Made by a program: the position numbers and the translations under genes. From Malacoraja senta (lineage: Eukaryota): a stretch of 64,000 nucleotides of DNA. Below the pieces are notes generated by a model. It was given only the letters and a program-made list of their open reading frames with translations. It searched no databases and was not told the DNA's origin. This document shows positions 48,871 to 62,537 of the stretch, piece after piece. The stretch covers positions 8,806,001 to 8,870,000 of the forward strand of contig CM075990.1 of the NCBI GenBank assembly GCA_038087875.1, given 5' to 3'. Each line of letters opens with the position of its first letter. Positions within the stretch are counted from its first letter, which is position 1.

Positions 48871-50524
48871 CTCCAAATAATGTTTTTTAACGTATTACTG
48901 TTTTTTTTGTTTATTGTGTTATCTATAAATAGTTAATTGTTATATGAATAGATATTGGGTTATCTATGAATACTGTGCTTGCAGACTTGTTTTGCTGTGG
49001 CAAGTAAGGTAGCATTTTTTGGTGCATATACAATTAAACACTCTTCTTGCCTCTCACAGCAGGTAACAGAGAGTCTAAACCCAAGAGAACACTACAGCCT
49101 GAGTCGTTCAGGGAAGCACAGCGAAGTTATATTTCAATATAATTGCGTGGCGGAGGTAGGGGGGGGCGGTAAGTTGTGCAAGACAACTTTAGTTTGATGT
49201 AAAGGATGGACACAAAGTGCTGGAGTAACTCGGCAGGTCAGGTAGCATCGCTGGAGGTAAAGGATACGCATCGTTTCTGGTCAGGACCCTTCTTCAGACC
49301 CGACCCGAAACGTCACCCATCCTTTTTCTCCAGAGATGCTGCCTGAGCCTCTGAGTTACTCTGCGTCTATCTTCGGTACGTAAACTAGCATCTGCGGTTC
49401 CTTTCTACACACTGAGTTTAATATAATTTGATCTCGTCCTCGGGTCACAGAAGCTCTGGGATAACTTTTGAGGTCAGAATTGTATCGGCCTTTGCAGAGG
49501 ACGCAATTCTGCAGAAGATAGACACAAAGTGCTGGAGTAACTCGGCGGGTCAGACAGCATCTCTGGAGAGAAGGAATAGGTGACATTTCGGGTGGAGACC
49601 CTTCTTCAGACAGCACCACTTACACTTGAAAATAAAGAGCTAAGTGGGGAGGTGGAGTGGCAGTGAATCAGGGAACAAACAGCCCAACAGACCAGACCGC
49701 AAATCCATTAGGGTTCCTTTAGCGTCTTGGAAGCTGTACGAAACAGATTCCGTGATCATCACCGTCCATTTCATGGGCTGATATAACCAACAACTTAGTC
49801 AGTAAAATGCAAAATACATACTGCACAATAACTCCTCCCCCCCCCCCACCCCAAGAGCAATAGCCAAATCTATAAGATATGCCCCCCCACCCTCCCCCCC
49901 ATCCAGTTTTACACTAGATCAATGGGTACACCGCACTCCTAGATTAATTTGATCTCCACTGATAGTTTACTGGAAGTTTATACACATTCCCCGTCCACAA
50001 CAGGCGTTCTGAGATAGTTGACTTGTGTTAAGAGATATTTTCCCGACACTTACCTCCCCTTGCTTACACATCCCGGATAATTAGCAGTTCCTTGTTGGGG
50101 GTACAAAATAAAAAAATATTGGGCCCCAATTTTTTTTTTACTCTGGATTTTTTTTTACTCTGGAAAAAAAGAGGGGAGCGACCGCATCCATCGCACCCTC
50201 CCCCCCCCCCCCTTCAGATGGCCATGGGAACATTGATGTTTCCAATTCCAAATAATGCGCAGCTAAAGGGAGACTTGGTGTCCCTTGATTGTAGAGGTTT
50301 GGGGAGAGGGGAGGTTGGTGGTGGTGCAGTTGCGGTAGCCCAGGTGAGTAACTGCAGTGTAGTTTATAGCGGGAGCAAACTACAGCTATCCTATGCCAAT
50401 GAATACAGCTATCTTATGCCAGAGAGTTAATGTAAAGGCTGGTGCTTGGAATACAAATAGAGCTGGCTGCTTTGTCCTCAAATTTCCTGAGTGTTATTTG
50501 AGGTGCTTTACTTATTGCTGGTCT

Positions 50525-51905
50525 CACCATCTTCTACAGATGCACCATAGAAAGCATTTTATCAGGATGCATCACAACTTGGTTTGGGAACAGCTCCATC
50601 CTAGACCGCAAGAAATTGCAGCGAATTGTGGACGCAGCCCAGACCATCACACAAACCAACCTCCCTTCTATTGACTCCATTTATACCTCACGCAGCCTCA
50701 GCAAGGCCAGCAGCATAATCAAGGACGAGTCACACCCTGGCTACTCCCTCTCCTCCCCCCTCCCATCAGGCAAAAGGTATAGAAGTGTGAAAATGCATAA
50801 CATCAGATTCAGGGACAGTTTCTTCGCAGCCGTTATCAGGCAACTGAATCATCCTACCACATCCAGAAAGCTGTGCTGAACTACTATCTACCTCTTTGGT
50901 GACCCTCGGACTATCCTTGATCGGACTTTGCCGGCTTTAGCTTGCATTAAACGTTATTCCCTTATCATATTCAGGAAGAAACAGACAGCACACACCCCAC
51001 TCACCATAAATGGCAGTGCAGTGGAGTCTGTGAAAAGCACCAAGTTCCTGGGAGTACACATCACAGATGATCAGACATGGTCCACCAACACCATCTCCCT
51101 AGTCAAGAAAGCACAGCAACGCCTCCACTTCCTTCGACGGATGAGGAGAGCCGACCTCCCCCCTTCTGCCCTCACAACTTTTTACAGGGGTGCCATTGAG
51201 AGCATTCTTACCAGCAGTCTCTCAGTCTGGTATGGCAGTTGCTCTGCTGCTGACCAGAAGCCCTACAGAGAGTGGTGAGGACAGCGGAGAAGATCACTAG
51301 ATCACCCCAACCAGCAATCGAGGACTTATACCCATCTCGCTGTCGCAAGAGAGCAACCAATATCATCAAAGACACCACCCACCCAGCACACAAACTGTTC
51401 ACCCTCCTACCATCCGGCAAGCGCTACCGCAGCATGCGGAGCAAAACCACCAGATTCAAAAACAGCTTTTACCCTCAGGAACATGAAACAGCTTTTTCCA
51501 TGAACATTACACAAACAAAGACCAACTGACTCTCAAATTAACTTTAACCCAATGTCTGCAGTATGCTATTTGCACTTTTCTATATTGCACCTTTTATTAA
51601 TGAATATTTTATATAATGTATATGTCCATTGTCTATTTTTATTGGTATATTGTCTGTCTGTGTTATAAATATTACTTGCACATTGGAGTATGGGGAACGC
51701 AATTTCAATCCTCTGTGTAACCACTTGTTACATTATTTGAATTGACAATAAAGTTACTATTACTATTACTATTACTATGTATCTATACACTGTAAGTAGA
51801 CTGATTGTAATCATGTGTAGTCTCTCCGCTGACTGGTTAGCATGCAACAAAAGCTTTTCACTGTACCTCGGTACACGTGATCTGAACTGAATAAACTAAA
51901 CTGAA
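50525..51905 (+). mobile_element. Rex1/Babar-like LINE 3' fragment with a second Rex1/Babar fragment nested inside (~50969-51777)
   Basis: Outer: LQRIVDAAQTIT..LPSGKRYRS; inner: KFLGVHIT..KAQQRLHFLRR..IESILT..WYG with (TTACTA)n tail; outer 3'UTR resumes at ~51778. Confidence 0.85.
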
Positions 51906-51937
51906 AGGCATTGGAGAATTATGAGGTGAGTCACTCA

Positions 51938-52494
51938 TTTAAAATCTTTTTATTAGTTTTTTTCCCAAAAAACAAAAACAAAACAAAAAACAAAACAAAA
52001 AGAAGAATGATAAACATAACAATGATATTGATACATAGGGATCAGGATTACATTAATAACAGGTATAACCTAATATGAGTCCAGTGTCAAAATACACATT
52101 GAATATAGACCTCCCGGTCTCTATGTAAATATAGTTAAATGTTTAAAAGAAAACTTATATATGTAAAAAAAAAGGTAAAAAGAAAAAAAAAGAAAAAAAA
52201 GAGAAAAAAGGAAGAAACAAAACCCCCCTAAACTAGAAAAAAAAAGCAAAACAGAATCTGAGCTTAGAATTTCAACAATTTAAGTCCCTGTTTGTCGTCA
52301 AGTCCGTTCCACCATATAAAGGTAAAATAATTTTTATAACGGTTGGAGAGGGAGCAATTTATGTTGTGTGAAAATGTTGAATAAATCTTCCCCAAGTCTT
52401 ATCAAATTTAACCAAGGGTTCAACAATGTCACTCCTGATTTTTTTTCTAAATTTAAACATGATATCGTTTCAGAGTACCAATGGAGTGTGGTCA
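51938..52494 (-). mobile_element. L1-clade 3' fragment (different subfamily from 1-1097)
   Basis: Minus-strand WYSETISCLNLEK; T-rich UTR; ~15-bp TSD GAGGTG(A)GTCACTCA at 51923 and 52495. Confidence 0.7.
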
Positions 52495-53284
52495 GAGGTG
52501 GTCACTCATGGTGGAATTATTTGCCTCAAAAATCTGTTCTTGGTGCTTGGAGATTTATGTGATTGCACAAGTTACGTTTGTGAACAATGGTGAAGCTGAT
52601 AATTGTTAACAAAAGCCATTAAGTAACATAGGCAAAGGAGTGCGTATGCAATTAAACTCTGCAGTGACCTTATTAAATGGGGAAATGGGCTTGAGGGGAT
52701 TAATGGCCTACGTTCCTATGTTCCTTTGCACAGAGCTTTGATTTTCCCTGCAGCGTCCCGTTCCTTGACTACTCTGACCCATCATTTTGAGGGATGATAT
52801 CTCTTCCCCATTTCTCAGAAGCTTTCGATCAAACTTTGACCGCAGGAAACTTCAATGGGTCAATGGTGCTTTATTTGTCACAGGTGCAACTGCATAGTGA
52901 AATTCTGTTTGCATATTTATACCTCCAGGCACCGCCATATTTTGCCGCCATTTCCACAAGTCCAAACTCTGGTCTGCCCGCGCGCTCGGTCTACTTGAGC
53001 AGTTCCCGATCCAGGTAAGTTCCGAGGCCTTCCTCCGTCGCCTTCACCGGATCGGCCCGCGAACCGACGTGCCTCTCCTCACCCGGCTATCTTTGTGTCC
53101 CGGGGGCACCTCCTGCATCTGACCATGAAGGCGCTGGAGACATTACCCCGGTTCACCCTCCGACTGGCCCTTGCTCCTTGCGTTCAACACCTCCAGCAGT
53201 TCCCTCCCGGTAACAGCCTCCCGTTCTCTGGACAAGTTCCCCATTTCACAGTCAGCAGAGTCTTCTATGTAAAGTGAGACGTAT

Positions 53285-53686
53285 GCGGAATTTAGGATGA
53301 GAGGGGATCTTATTGAAACATATAAAATTATTAAGGGATCGGACATGCTAGAGGCAGAAAACATGTTCCCGATGTTGGGGAAGTCCAGAACTAGGGGCCA
53401 CAGTTTAAGAATAAGGGGTAGTCCATTTAGAACAGAGATGAGGTAAAACATTTTCACCCAGAGAGTTGTGAGTCTGTGGAGTTCTCAGCCTCAGAAGGCA
53501 GTGGAGGCCAATTCTCTGGATGCTTTGAAGAGAGAGTTAGCTAGAGCTCTTAAAGATAGCGGAGTCAAGGGATATGGGGATATGGCAGGAACGGGGTACT
53601 GATTGTGGATGATCAGCCATGATCACATTGAATGGCGGTGCTGGCTCGAAGGCCGAATGGCCTACTCCTGCACCTATTGTCTATTG
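53285..53686 (+). mobile_element. CR1 LINE 3' fragment
   Basis: RMRGDLIETYKII...RTRGHSL translation and family 3'UTR. Confidence 0.85.
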
Positions 53687-54454
53687 TTCTTTTGCATTAT
53701 TCTGGCCTGGGGCAGATGGGGGAACATTTCCAAGACTGCACTCAGGGTTTTATTACATTGGTCTGCTTTGTGTCAATGTGACAGAACTCCTCATAAAAAA
53801 TCCTGATTAGTTACACATTTCATTGTCTTTCATTTTCATTCCAGATTTGGATTTTTCAGCCGCTGTGGATTGAAATAGATATTTCTCTCCAGTGCAGCTT
53901 ACATTCGCACTAAGTTTCAAGAACAATTTAAACATTTATGCTGATCCACAAACATATCGTGTTGGCAATCTGTTAGAAATCACTTTGCACACATTGTGGC
54001 TTTATAAAGACCAACACTGATGATTCATTCTCTGCTGTACCCCTTCTCCCAAACCTTCTGATTCTCCATCCATAGCCATTCAACGTGTTTGGTTATATTT
54101 TTCTCAACAGATGATGTATCTGAGTCACAAATCAAATCGATCTTCTCAGTCCCCACTTCCCTGAACTATGTCTGAACCTCACTCTACCTTCCTTGAAGTG
54201 CTCTCCAACTCTTTGAATCTCCCTCCATGTCCCCTGAACTTTCCCCCTTCTTCCCTGATCCTCTCTCCACCTTTTGTCCATCTTCCTCAGCCTCTCCTGT
54301 CTTTCTTGGCTAATTCCCATCCTCAAAGGGTCCCAGAATCATGGAGTTGCACGGCACAGAAATGGGTGTTTCAGCCCATCATATGCCAACTGTTCTTCCC
54401 ATCTCCACTATTCCCATTTTCCCAAATTAGTTCTGCATCCTTCAATGCCTCTTA

Positions 54455-55830
54455 AACACAGTGATTATATCTGATTCTATCACCTCTTCAGGCAGCATAT
54501 TCCAGAGACATGGAATATTCTCTCTGTATACAAAGAAGATTCCTCAAATCTCCTTTAAAACTCTTCCTTCTCACCTTAACCTATGCCGTAGATAGACACA
54601 AAATGCTGGAGTAACTCAGAGGGACAGGCAGAGTCTCTGGAGAGAAGGAATGGGTGACGTTTTGGGTTGGACCCTTCTTAAGTCTGAAGAAGGGTCTCGA
54701 CCCAAAACATCATCCATTCCTTCTCTCCAGAGATGCTGCTTGTCCCGCTGAGTTACTCCAGCTATTTGTGTCTATCTTCGATTTAAACCAGCATCTGCAG
54801 TCCCTTCCTACACATTTAGCTTATGCCGTATTGCTTTTGATACCCTTACCATGGGTAAAAGATTCCGACCATCGACTCACTCTCTGCCTCTTATAATGTT
54901 GCATACTTCAATCAGTTCACACCCCAACCTCCTTCTCTCCAGGGAAAATAGGCCGAGCCCATCCAACCTCACCCCATAACTAATGTCCTCCAATCCAGGC
55001 AACGTCACAGTAAATCTTCTCTGTACTCTCTTAAGTGCATTTGCATCCATCCTAGAGTGTGACTACCAGAACTGCACACAATCCTCTAAGTGCAGACTAA
55101 CCAGGGTTTTGTAACATTTTATATCTTACATTCTACACTACAATTTATGAAGCATGCTATATGCCGTCTGCAACACCTATCTTGTCACTTTTAGGGAACT
55201 GTGGGCTTGAACTCTAATGTTTCTGTGTTCAACATTTCTTAGTACTCTACCACTTAATGTAAATTCCTATCCCCATTGACTTCCCAATTCCAGCACTCTG
55301 CACTTGCCAGGATTAAATTGTACTGCCAATGTTCTGCTCACCTTTCTACCTGATCTGTATCTAACTGTAGCCTTGGACAAGCTATCTTGCTGTCCATTTT
55401 TTCTTGTGTCATCCACAAGCTTTGTTCCCATTATTTTGTTTTTCCATGAAAATGTATAGAAAATAAGAGGGGGTAGGACCAGAAAAGTTTTCGAACTTCT
55501 TCTTACCCCTTTTGAACACGAACGATATTATTTGTATTAATTGAGTTACTTATTTGTTTGTTTTCCTTTGTGTTTTATTTTCTTTTTATTGCTTATAAGT
55601 TTATTTGTGTTTGTATTTTTTAACATGTTCAATAAATAAGAGAAAAAAACAACAACAAAAAAACAACAACTATACGTCCTGCTTTCACATCCTTATCGTA
55701 AACATCAACGGTCCCAGTGCTGAGCCTAATGGTGCACCACTGACCACAGACTTCTAATTGGAAAAGTGTCCCACCACCGCTACCCTCTGCCTCCTATCAC
55801 CCAGCCAGTTTTGGATTCAATTAGCCAGCT
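54455..55830 (-). mobile_element. Old CR1 fragment(s) with Penelope-derived and other inserts
   Basis: Decayed similarity to CR1 RT on the minus strand. Confidence 0.55.
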
Positions 55831-56333
55831 GTGTAAACTTGATACAATTTTGGTAAATCACATTGTTTAGGCCCGAAAGGCACCAATGACGCTGCATCCA
55901 AACTTCAACTGAGCATATTACCAGTTACATAGGAATGCCAGGCCTTGGCCAAAGGAGACATTCAACATATCTCATTCATTGGGGTAAGCACAACCAACTT
56001 TTAACCCAATGTGATCATGCGGTACACAAGAATGATGCACTAGATGGCTGAATTTCTAGTCAACGCACCTCGTATCTCAAGTCTATTCAAGTTCAATCCT
56101 TTAGAAACTTGTTTGTGTCGGCAGGTTATTGTCTTCTTTAATGTAGATATTGTTTTGGCTTATTATTCGCTCCACTTCTTTTGTATCAGAATGAAACAAA
56201 TATTTTCCACCATGCTTTATCAGAGCAGTGTTACATAGATGAAATATAAGGACTAATTTTTCATTAAAAAATGATGGAGTAAGAACTATACTGTTGTAAC
56301 ATCTACTCCAATACAAGACATGGGCGTTGCAGA

Positions 56334-56657
56334 AGGGTGGCACGATAGCGCAGCAGTAGGGTTGCTGCCTTACAGTGCTAGAGATCGGGGTTCGATCCTG
56401 ACTATGGGTGCTGTCTGTATGGAATTTGTACATTCTCCCCGTGACCTGCATAGGTTTTCTCCGGGAGCTCTGGTTTCCCCGACACACTCCAAAGATGTAC
56501 ATGTAGATGTTTGTAGGTTCATTGGCTTGGTAAGACTGTAAATTGTCCATAGTGTGTGTAGGGTAGTGTTAATGTGCGGAGATCGCTGGTCGGAACGGTC
56601 TTGGTTGGCCGAAGGGCCTGTTTCCGTGCTCTATCTCTAAGCTAAGCTAAACTAAAC
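56334..56657 (+). mobile_element. HE1-type SINE, full length
   Basis: Head, B box GGTTCGATCC, tail. Confidence 0.9.
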
Positions 56658-57240
56658 ATGTTGGAACTGCAGGTGGTGTTCTTTGCATTGATTGGGAGCA
56701 GTAGTCTAAATGGCTTCTGTTGCTCAGAGCCAGGACCAACGAGGTTGTGGCAGTGTGTTCAAAGTTTATATTTGACTTCTGAAAAAGGTTTTCATCGCTG
56801 AAAGGAAAGAGGCACTTTGTGTGTTGATCCAGCAGTGTTTGAAAAGAGTAGGTGTTTGTCAAGTTGACTCAATGGCAAGGGGCAGCGCAGCAATGAATTT
56901 GATATGAGTGTGAAACCAACTTAAAATTACACAGGTTTCTTTCTTTTGACATGTCATTCCCTTGTGTTTTTGACAGTGAGCCCGAAGATATTGATCGCCA
57001 AGAAAGAATAAAAATGATCAAATAACACAGGTGGAATTGGGCCACAGTTTCACTCACCTTAGAATCTGTTTAATGATTCTGCTTCCTATAAAACAAAATT
57101 GCTGGTGTAAATAAAGGCAGTCCAGAGGTTGGATGGAGCAGGCACAGAGGGAGCACGTTCCTGGTGAGTGTTTCCAATCGTCCTACTCCACTTGCAGCAG
57201 CAAATATTCAATGGAGAGGCACGTTGAGAAAACAGCAGAA

Positions 57241-57527
57241 CTGATGAAAGGGTCTCGACCCGAGACATCACCCATTAGAGTCTAAAGGGTCTCGGCCCTC
57301 GATATCACCCATTAGAGTCTGAAGAAGGGTCTTGACTCGAAACATCACCCATTAGAGTCTGATAAAGTCTTGACCCGAAACGTCACCCATTAGAGTCTGA
57401 AGATGAGTCTCGACCCCAGATGTCACCCATTCCTTCGCTCCAGAGATGCTGCCTGTCCCGCTGAGTTACTCCAGCATTTTGTGTCTATCTTTGGTTTGAA
57501 TTAGCATTTGCAGTTCCTTCCGACACA
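57241..57527 (+). repeat. Five tandem ~37-41 bp units of the Penelope hammerhead-like motif, followed by the Penelope-derived terminus
   Basis: Units start at 57241, 57282, 57319, 57359, 57397; the first four end CACCCATTAGAGT. Confidence 0.85.
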
Positions 57528-57723
57528 GTATTCTTCCTAACGCTGGCAGTAAGATGAAATGTTCCACAATTAAAAGCAGAACTGAGCAACAGAAAGGTTG
57601 TGAGTCTTTGGAAAATGATGGAGGTGGAATCACACTGAATATTTCCAACACTGTGACAGTGACAGACAGTTAAACTATAAGGGAGTCATAGGGCAAGAAG
57701 AGAGAGTGTGAAATGGCAACTCT

Positions 57724-58038
57724 TTTAGTTTTTTAGTTTAGTTTAGAAGTACAGCTCAGAAACAGGCCCTTTGAGCCACCGATTCCGTGCCGACCAGCGA
57801 TCCCCGCACACTAACGCTATCCTACACACACGAGGGACACTTTACATTTATACCAAGCCAATGAACCTACAAACCTGTACATCTTTGGAGTGTTGGAGGA
57901 AACCGGAGCTCCCCGAGAAAACCCACACAGTTCACGGAGAGAACATACAAACTCCGTACAGATAGCACCCGTAGCCTGGATCAAACCTGGGTCTCTGGCG
58001 CTGTAAGGCAACAACTCCACCACTGTGCCACCGTGCCG
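57724..58038 (-). mobile_element. HE1-type SINE, full length
   Basis: Family body on the minus strand. Confidence 0.9.
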
Positions 58039-59984
58039 ACCTTGGGAAAGCTTGGGAAGCTCTGACCCTCCACCACCCAAAATATTTGGGATGATATTAA
58101 GAACCTCGTGGCCATGCATGGGGAGCAACATGAACCTTGTGTAAGTGGAGAAAGGAGCGTACCACCTCTTGACCATCATCTCACCCACCTCATGAGCTAC
58201 CTCCTGTCCCATCTGCCGCAGTTCTCAAGTTGGCCTCATCACCCACATTACAACCCACAAAACCCATGGCAGAAGCAAGTCAACCTTCACCACAAATCCT
58301 AAAATTCTGTGCCTAAAATCATAAGAAATTGGTGTTAAGGCCAAGTTTGCATCTACCATGGTCAATCTGACTTGGCCTATTCCTCATCCTGTTTCTTATG
58401 TTCTTATGGAATTGGTCATCTGAAATTCATAGGAAGGACAGGAAAGAACCAGAGATAGATTTAGACCCTGGATAGATAACATTAAACTGTGGTGCAGGAT
58501 GGAAGAGGGATTAAAACTATTAAGACATCACACAGACCAGCCTTCACCACCCCCCATCGAGTCCATCTACTCTTCATGCTGGCTCAGGAAAGCAGTGAAC
58601 ATATCAAGGACCTTTTGCAGCCCAGTTGTTCCCTCTTCTCACCTCTCCCATCAGGCAGACGATGAAAAAGCTTGCAAGCACACACCACTAGATTCAGGAA
58701 CAGCTGCTTTTAGAAAACACTCAGGCCTTATGATTCTCGACCGATCTCCCAACCCACTTCATTGTGGCCCTTGCACTTTGTAATCTGCACTTTCTCTGTA
58801 ACAGCATCATTATAACACTGTAATACTATAATCTGCACTCTGACATGTTTTGCTTCGCACGCTACCTGTTCCACTAGCGTTTACCTTGTTTGTATTCATT
58901 CAAGACAAGACTGGATAGTACACAAAGTTTTTCACAACATCTCAGTACCCATGGTAATAAATAATAAACCAATATAAATACAAATACCAAGTATAGAAAG
59001 GAACTGCAGATATTGGTTTGAAGTAAAGTTGGGGACCCTCTTGGTTTGAAGAAGGGCCTCGACCCGAAACGTCACCTATTCCTTTTCTCCAGAGATGCCG
59101 CCTGACCTGCTGAGTTACTCCAGCATTTTGTGTCTATCTGCAAATACCAAGAGACAAATTTTGGATCAACACCAGGAAACCCTTGCCACAAGGAGTGTTT
59201 GGCACAAAGGAAGGTCTCAATGCCCTCCAAAGGAAGGAATCATTGTATTCAAGAGAAAGTTAGATATAGCTCATAGGGCTAATGGAATCAGGGGATATGG
59301 GGAGAAAGCAGGAACGAGGTACTGATTTTGGATGATCAGCCATAATCATATTAAATGGCGGTGCTGACTCGAAGGGCCGAATGGCCTACTCCTGCACCTA
59401 TTTTCTATCTTTCTATGTTTCTATGACTCAGATTTGATTAATTTCGATATATGAAAGAATTAGTCAGATGCTGGGCTGGTGGCTGGAGTGTGAAGGACTC
59501 TGGGTTTAACAAACTGGGAAAGGTTAAATTGTGTACCTGCATGCCTGATATCCCATGCATGTGTTCTCCACACTTATGAACAAGAACCACCGGAGATCAA
59601 TCCAAGGATTCGTGCACCAATCTCGTGACCTCCTTGCAGCAATACAAATCTGAACTTGTTTTCAGAGCTTTCAAAAGCAAACAAAATGCCTTTTAGCCAT
59701 TTCTATAAGAAGCAACATCCTTTTTCCATTAATTCACGTCCATCCGAGCCCCTAAGATTGATGTTCACTCCTTCCTCAGAGAGAAATCGTGCTTACAATT
59801 GTGTTTAAAAGCTGCTTCTCTAATGCACCACTTTAAAAAAAATCTTTATTTCCCCCAGTTAGTGGCGGTGCTATTAATAACGTGAATTAATGTGCACATT
59901 AACGGACTCGAGTTACCTGGGAAATTTACATTAGGTTTTCCACCTCATGTTATCTTTGTTGCCTGTGAGGTCCTTGACTGAAAT

Positions 59985-60812
59985 TAGACCAAAAAAAGCT
60001 GGAGTAACTCAGCAGGTCAGGCAGCATCTCTGGAGAAAAGGAATAGGTGACGTTTTGGGTCGAGACCCTTCTTCAGACTGAGGGCTAGGGGAAAGGGCTA
60101 TGAGAGATATTAAAAAGTACAAAGAAACAAATAAATGAAAGTTATGCTAAGGGACAAATCAAAGCCAGCAACGATGATCAAGAAAAGGTGGAGCCCACAA
60201 TGGTCCATTGTTGGCTGCTAAGAAGGTGATAATGAGTGATTCTAGTTTCACTGTCATCCTTCTTAGTTTCATTCAAAAAAATAAGAAGGATGACAGTGAA
60301 ACTAGTACTGCGACCAGGGTGTGGGAGAGATGGAGAGAGAGGGGATGCAAGGGTTACTTGGTCAGAGAAATCAATAGTCACATTGCTGGGTTGTAAGCTG
60401 CCCAAGTTAAATTAACATTGACTTCTCTAACTTCAGAAAGCCCTTGCTTTCTCTTTCCACCCCCTTCCCCATCCCAGTTCTCCCAATAGTCTTAAACCCC
60501 TGTCCCACTTTCACGACCTAATTGGCGACCTCTGCCGAGTTTGCCCTTGACTCATACTCGCAGCATGGTCGCCACGAGGTGGTAGGAGGTCTTCGTAACT
60601 CTTCCTCATGCTCGTGAGTGGTCTCCGCGTACTCGTGGCCTCAAGTAGGTCGCGGCATTTTTTCCAGCCTGATAAAAAATGTCCACGAGTGAAATAAAGG
60701 TCGGCATGGAAAAAATCGCCCATTCCTTCTCTCCAGAGATGCTGCCTCACCCGCTGACTTACTCCAGCATTTTGTGTCTGATATAAACCAGCATCTGCAG
60801 TTCTTTCTTACA
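59985..60812. mobile_element. Penelope-like element 3' ends in inverted arrangement, interrupted by a partial Harbinger MITE
   Basis: Minus strand encodes LGSLQPSNVTIDFS and plus strand INIDFSNF, resembling the C-terminus of Penelope GIY-YIG ORFs; the minus copy leads into the hammerhead-like terminus. Confidence 0.75.
60494..60717. mobile_element. Harbinger-type MITE, left-hand part (family of 24776-25220)
   Basis: Starts CCCCTGTCCCACT..CGACCTAATTGGCGA, the inverse of the 25220 end. Confidence 0.65.
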
Positions 60813-60834
60813 CAAGCGAAATATGAGGTACTGT

Positions 60835-61016
60835 CATAACAGGTCAATGGCAGTTACTACCTCACTGGCTCTCTACTCTGCTCTGGACTTCTAGATGATA
60901 GGAACACACATCAGGCTGCTGTTTGACAACTGTAGCTCAATGTCCAGCACTGTGATCCTCCCCAAACTCATCACCATGCTCCAAGTACTGGGTCTCTGTA
61001 CCTTCTGCAACTGGAA
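60835..61016 (+). mobile_element. Decayed Rex1/Babar-like RT fragment
   Basis: Remnant IRLLFD..SS...VILPKLI..L..LGL..CNW. Confidence 0.5.
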
Positions 61017-62537
61017 TCAAACAAGGGGAGGTGATGGGCATATGCATGTGGGAGAATAAGAGGACTAAAGGGAGGGGGAACACCTCTGCTCCGATTACTC
61101 CAACTGAAGCTGGTGTGGCCCGATAGGCTGAATGGCCTCATTCTATCTCATTACAAATGTCTCCATTAATTCACTCAAGTTGATTCCCATCACTGAGCGT
61201 CAGTTCAGTTCAGTTTAGTTTATTGTCACGTGTACCGAGGTACAGTGAAAAGCTTTTGTTGTGTGCTAACCAGCCAGTGGAAGGACTATACATGATTCCA
61301 GCAGATATTGTAGTGAGGATTATTAATTTTCCAAACTAATATCAAAGCCTGGATCATTCGTCCACAGACGTAAATTTCAATTACAGCAGTTTGGAAATTA
61401 AATTCTATTATAAATAAAGGAACTACTGAGCCCGCATGCAAGAGGCGCTATGTTTTGGCACCATTTTCAAAGTCCATGCTCCAGTCTTATGAGTGGTGCC
61501 TGTTCCAATATATCTCTCAGTAAAGAGATGATTATATTCCAATAAGTGGAAACTTATGCTCAAATTTTCTACTGCTTCGATATATTGAAATGCTTTGCAG
61601 AATCATGGAACGGCAGATGCTGGTTTTCAAATAAGACACAAAATAGCGGAGTATCTCAGCGTGTCAGGCAGCATCTGTGGAGAACATGGGTAGGTGACGT
61701 TTTGGGGCGGTACCTGTCTGAAGAAGGGTCTCGGCCTGAAACCCTGCCTATCCATGTTCTCCAGAGATGCTGCCTGACCTGCTGAGTTCCTCCAGCACTT
61801 TGTGTCTTTACTGAAACACTTTCTCAGCTGTGAGGAAGTTTGGACAGTTGAAGGCCTCGAAAGAGTTTACATCAATGGGATTTCTTTCTTTAACACGGAG
61901 CAGTGATTTTTGGAAATGATCAAGAGATTTACAGCTGTTTCCAGATAACTGGTGGTGCTAAGTAAATACTGAGAGGTTGGCTGAGTCAGGTAGATTAGGA
62001 AGATTAATGAGGAGTTAATCCGTAGCCAAGACACTGAGTGTGGCCGGGAAACCTACTGCACCCTGCTGGTCATTAATAGAATTACAAGGGCTGTTCCAGA
62101 CTCAGACAGGCAATTCAATAGGAATTAAATACTATAATAAATAATTCTAATGCTAGAAGCCGTTATCACTACAGGATGTAAAACTATCAGATTGTTTGTA
62201 TTTTAATTATTATTTTTCAACCAAAGCTACAAAACACAGGCTTATTGTTGTAGGCTGTTCTTTCAATAGCATTGAGGATTTATTAACGCTTCTGCAGATT
62301 AATTTTCATGTTACTGCAATTCTGTCGCAAAGTCTGAACAGGAGTAGAAATCAGTCCAATTCCTGGAATGCCAGTGCTGACCCCTGGATCTCACCTTAAC
62401 CTTGTTGGGAGGTCCTGTACTTAACTGCAGACTTCAGCGGTGAAAAATGATTATTAGAGAAACGAGGAACTGCAGGTGCTGGTTTACAAAAGAAGATACA
62501 GAGTCCTGGATTAACACAGTGGATCAGGCTGCATCTC

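Noticed and set aside
57241..57430. CRISPR array (palindromic ~40-bp repeats)
   Set aside because: No spacers; the unit derives from the dispersed Penelope-type repeat
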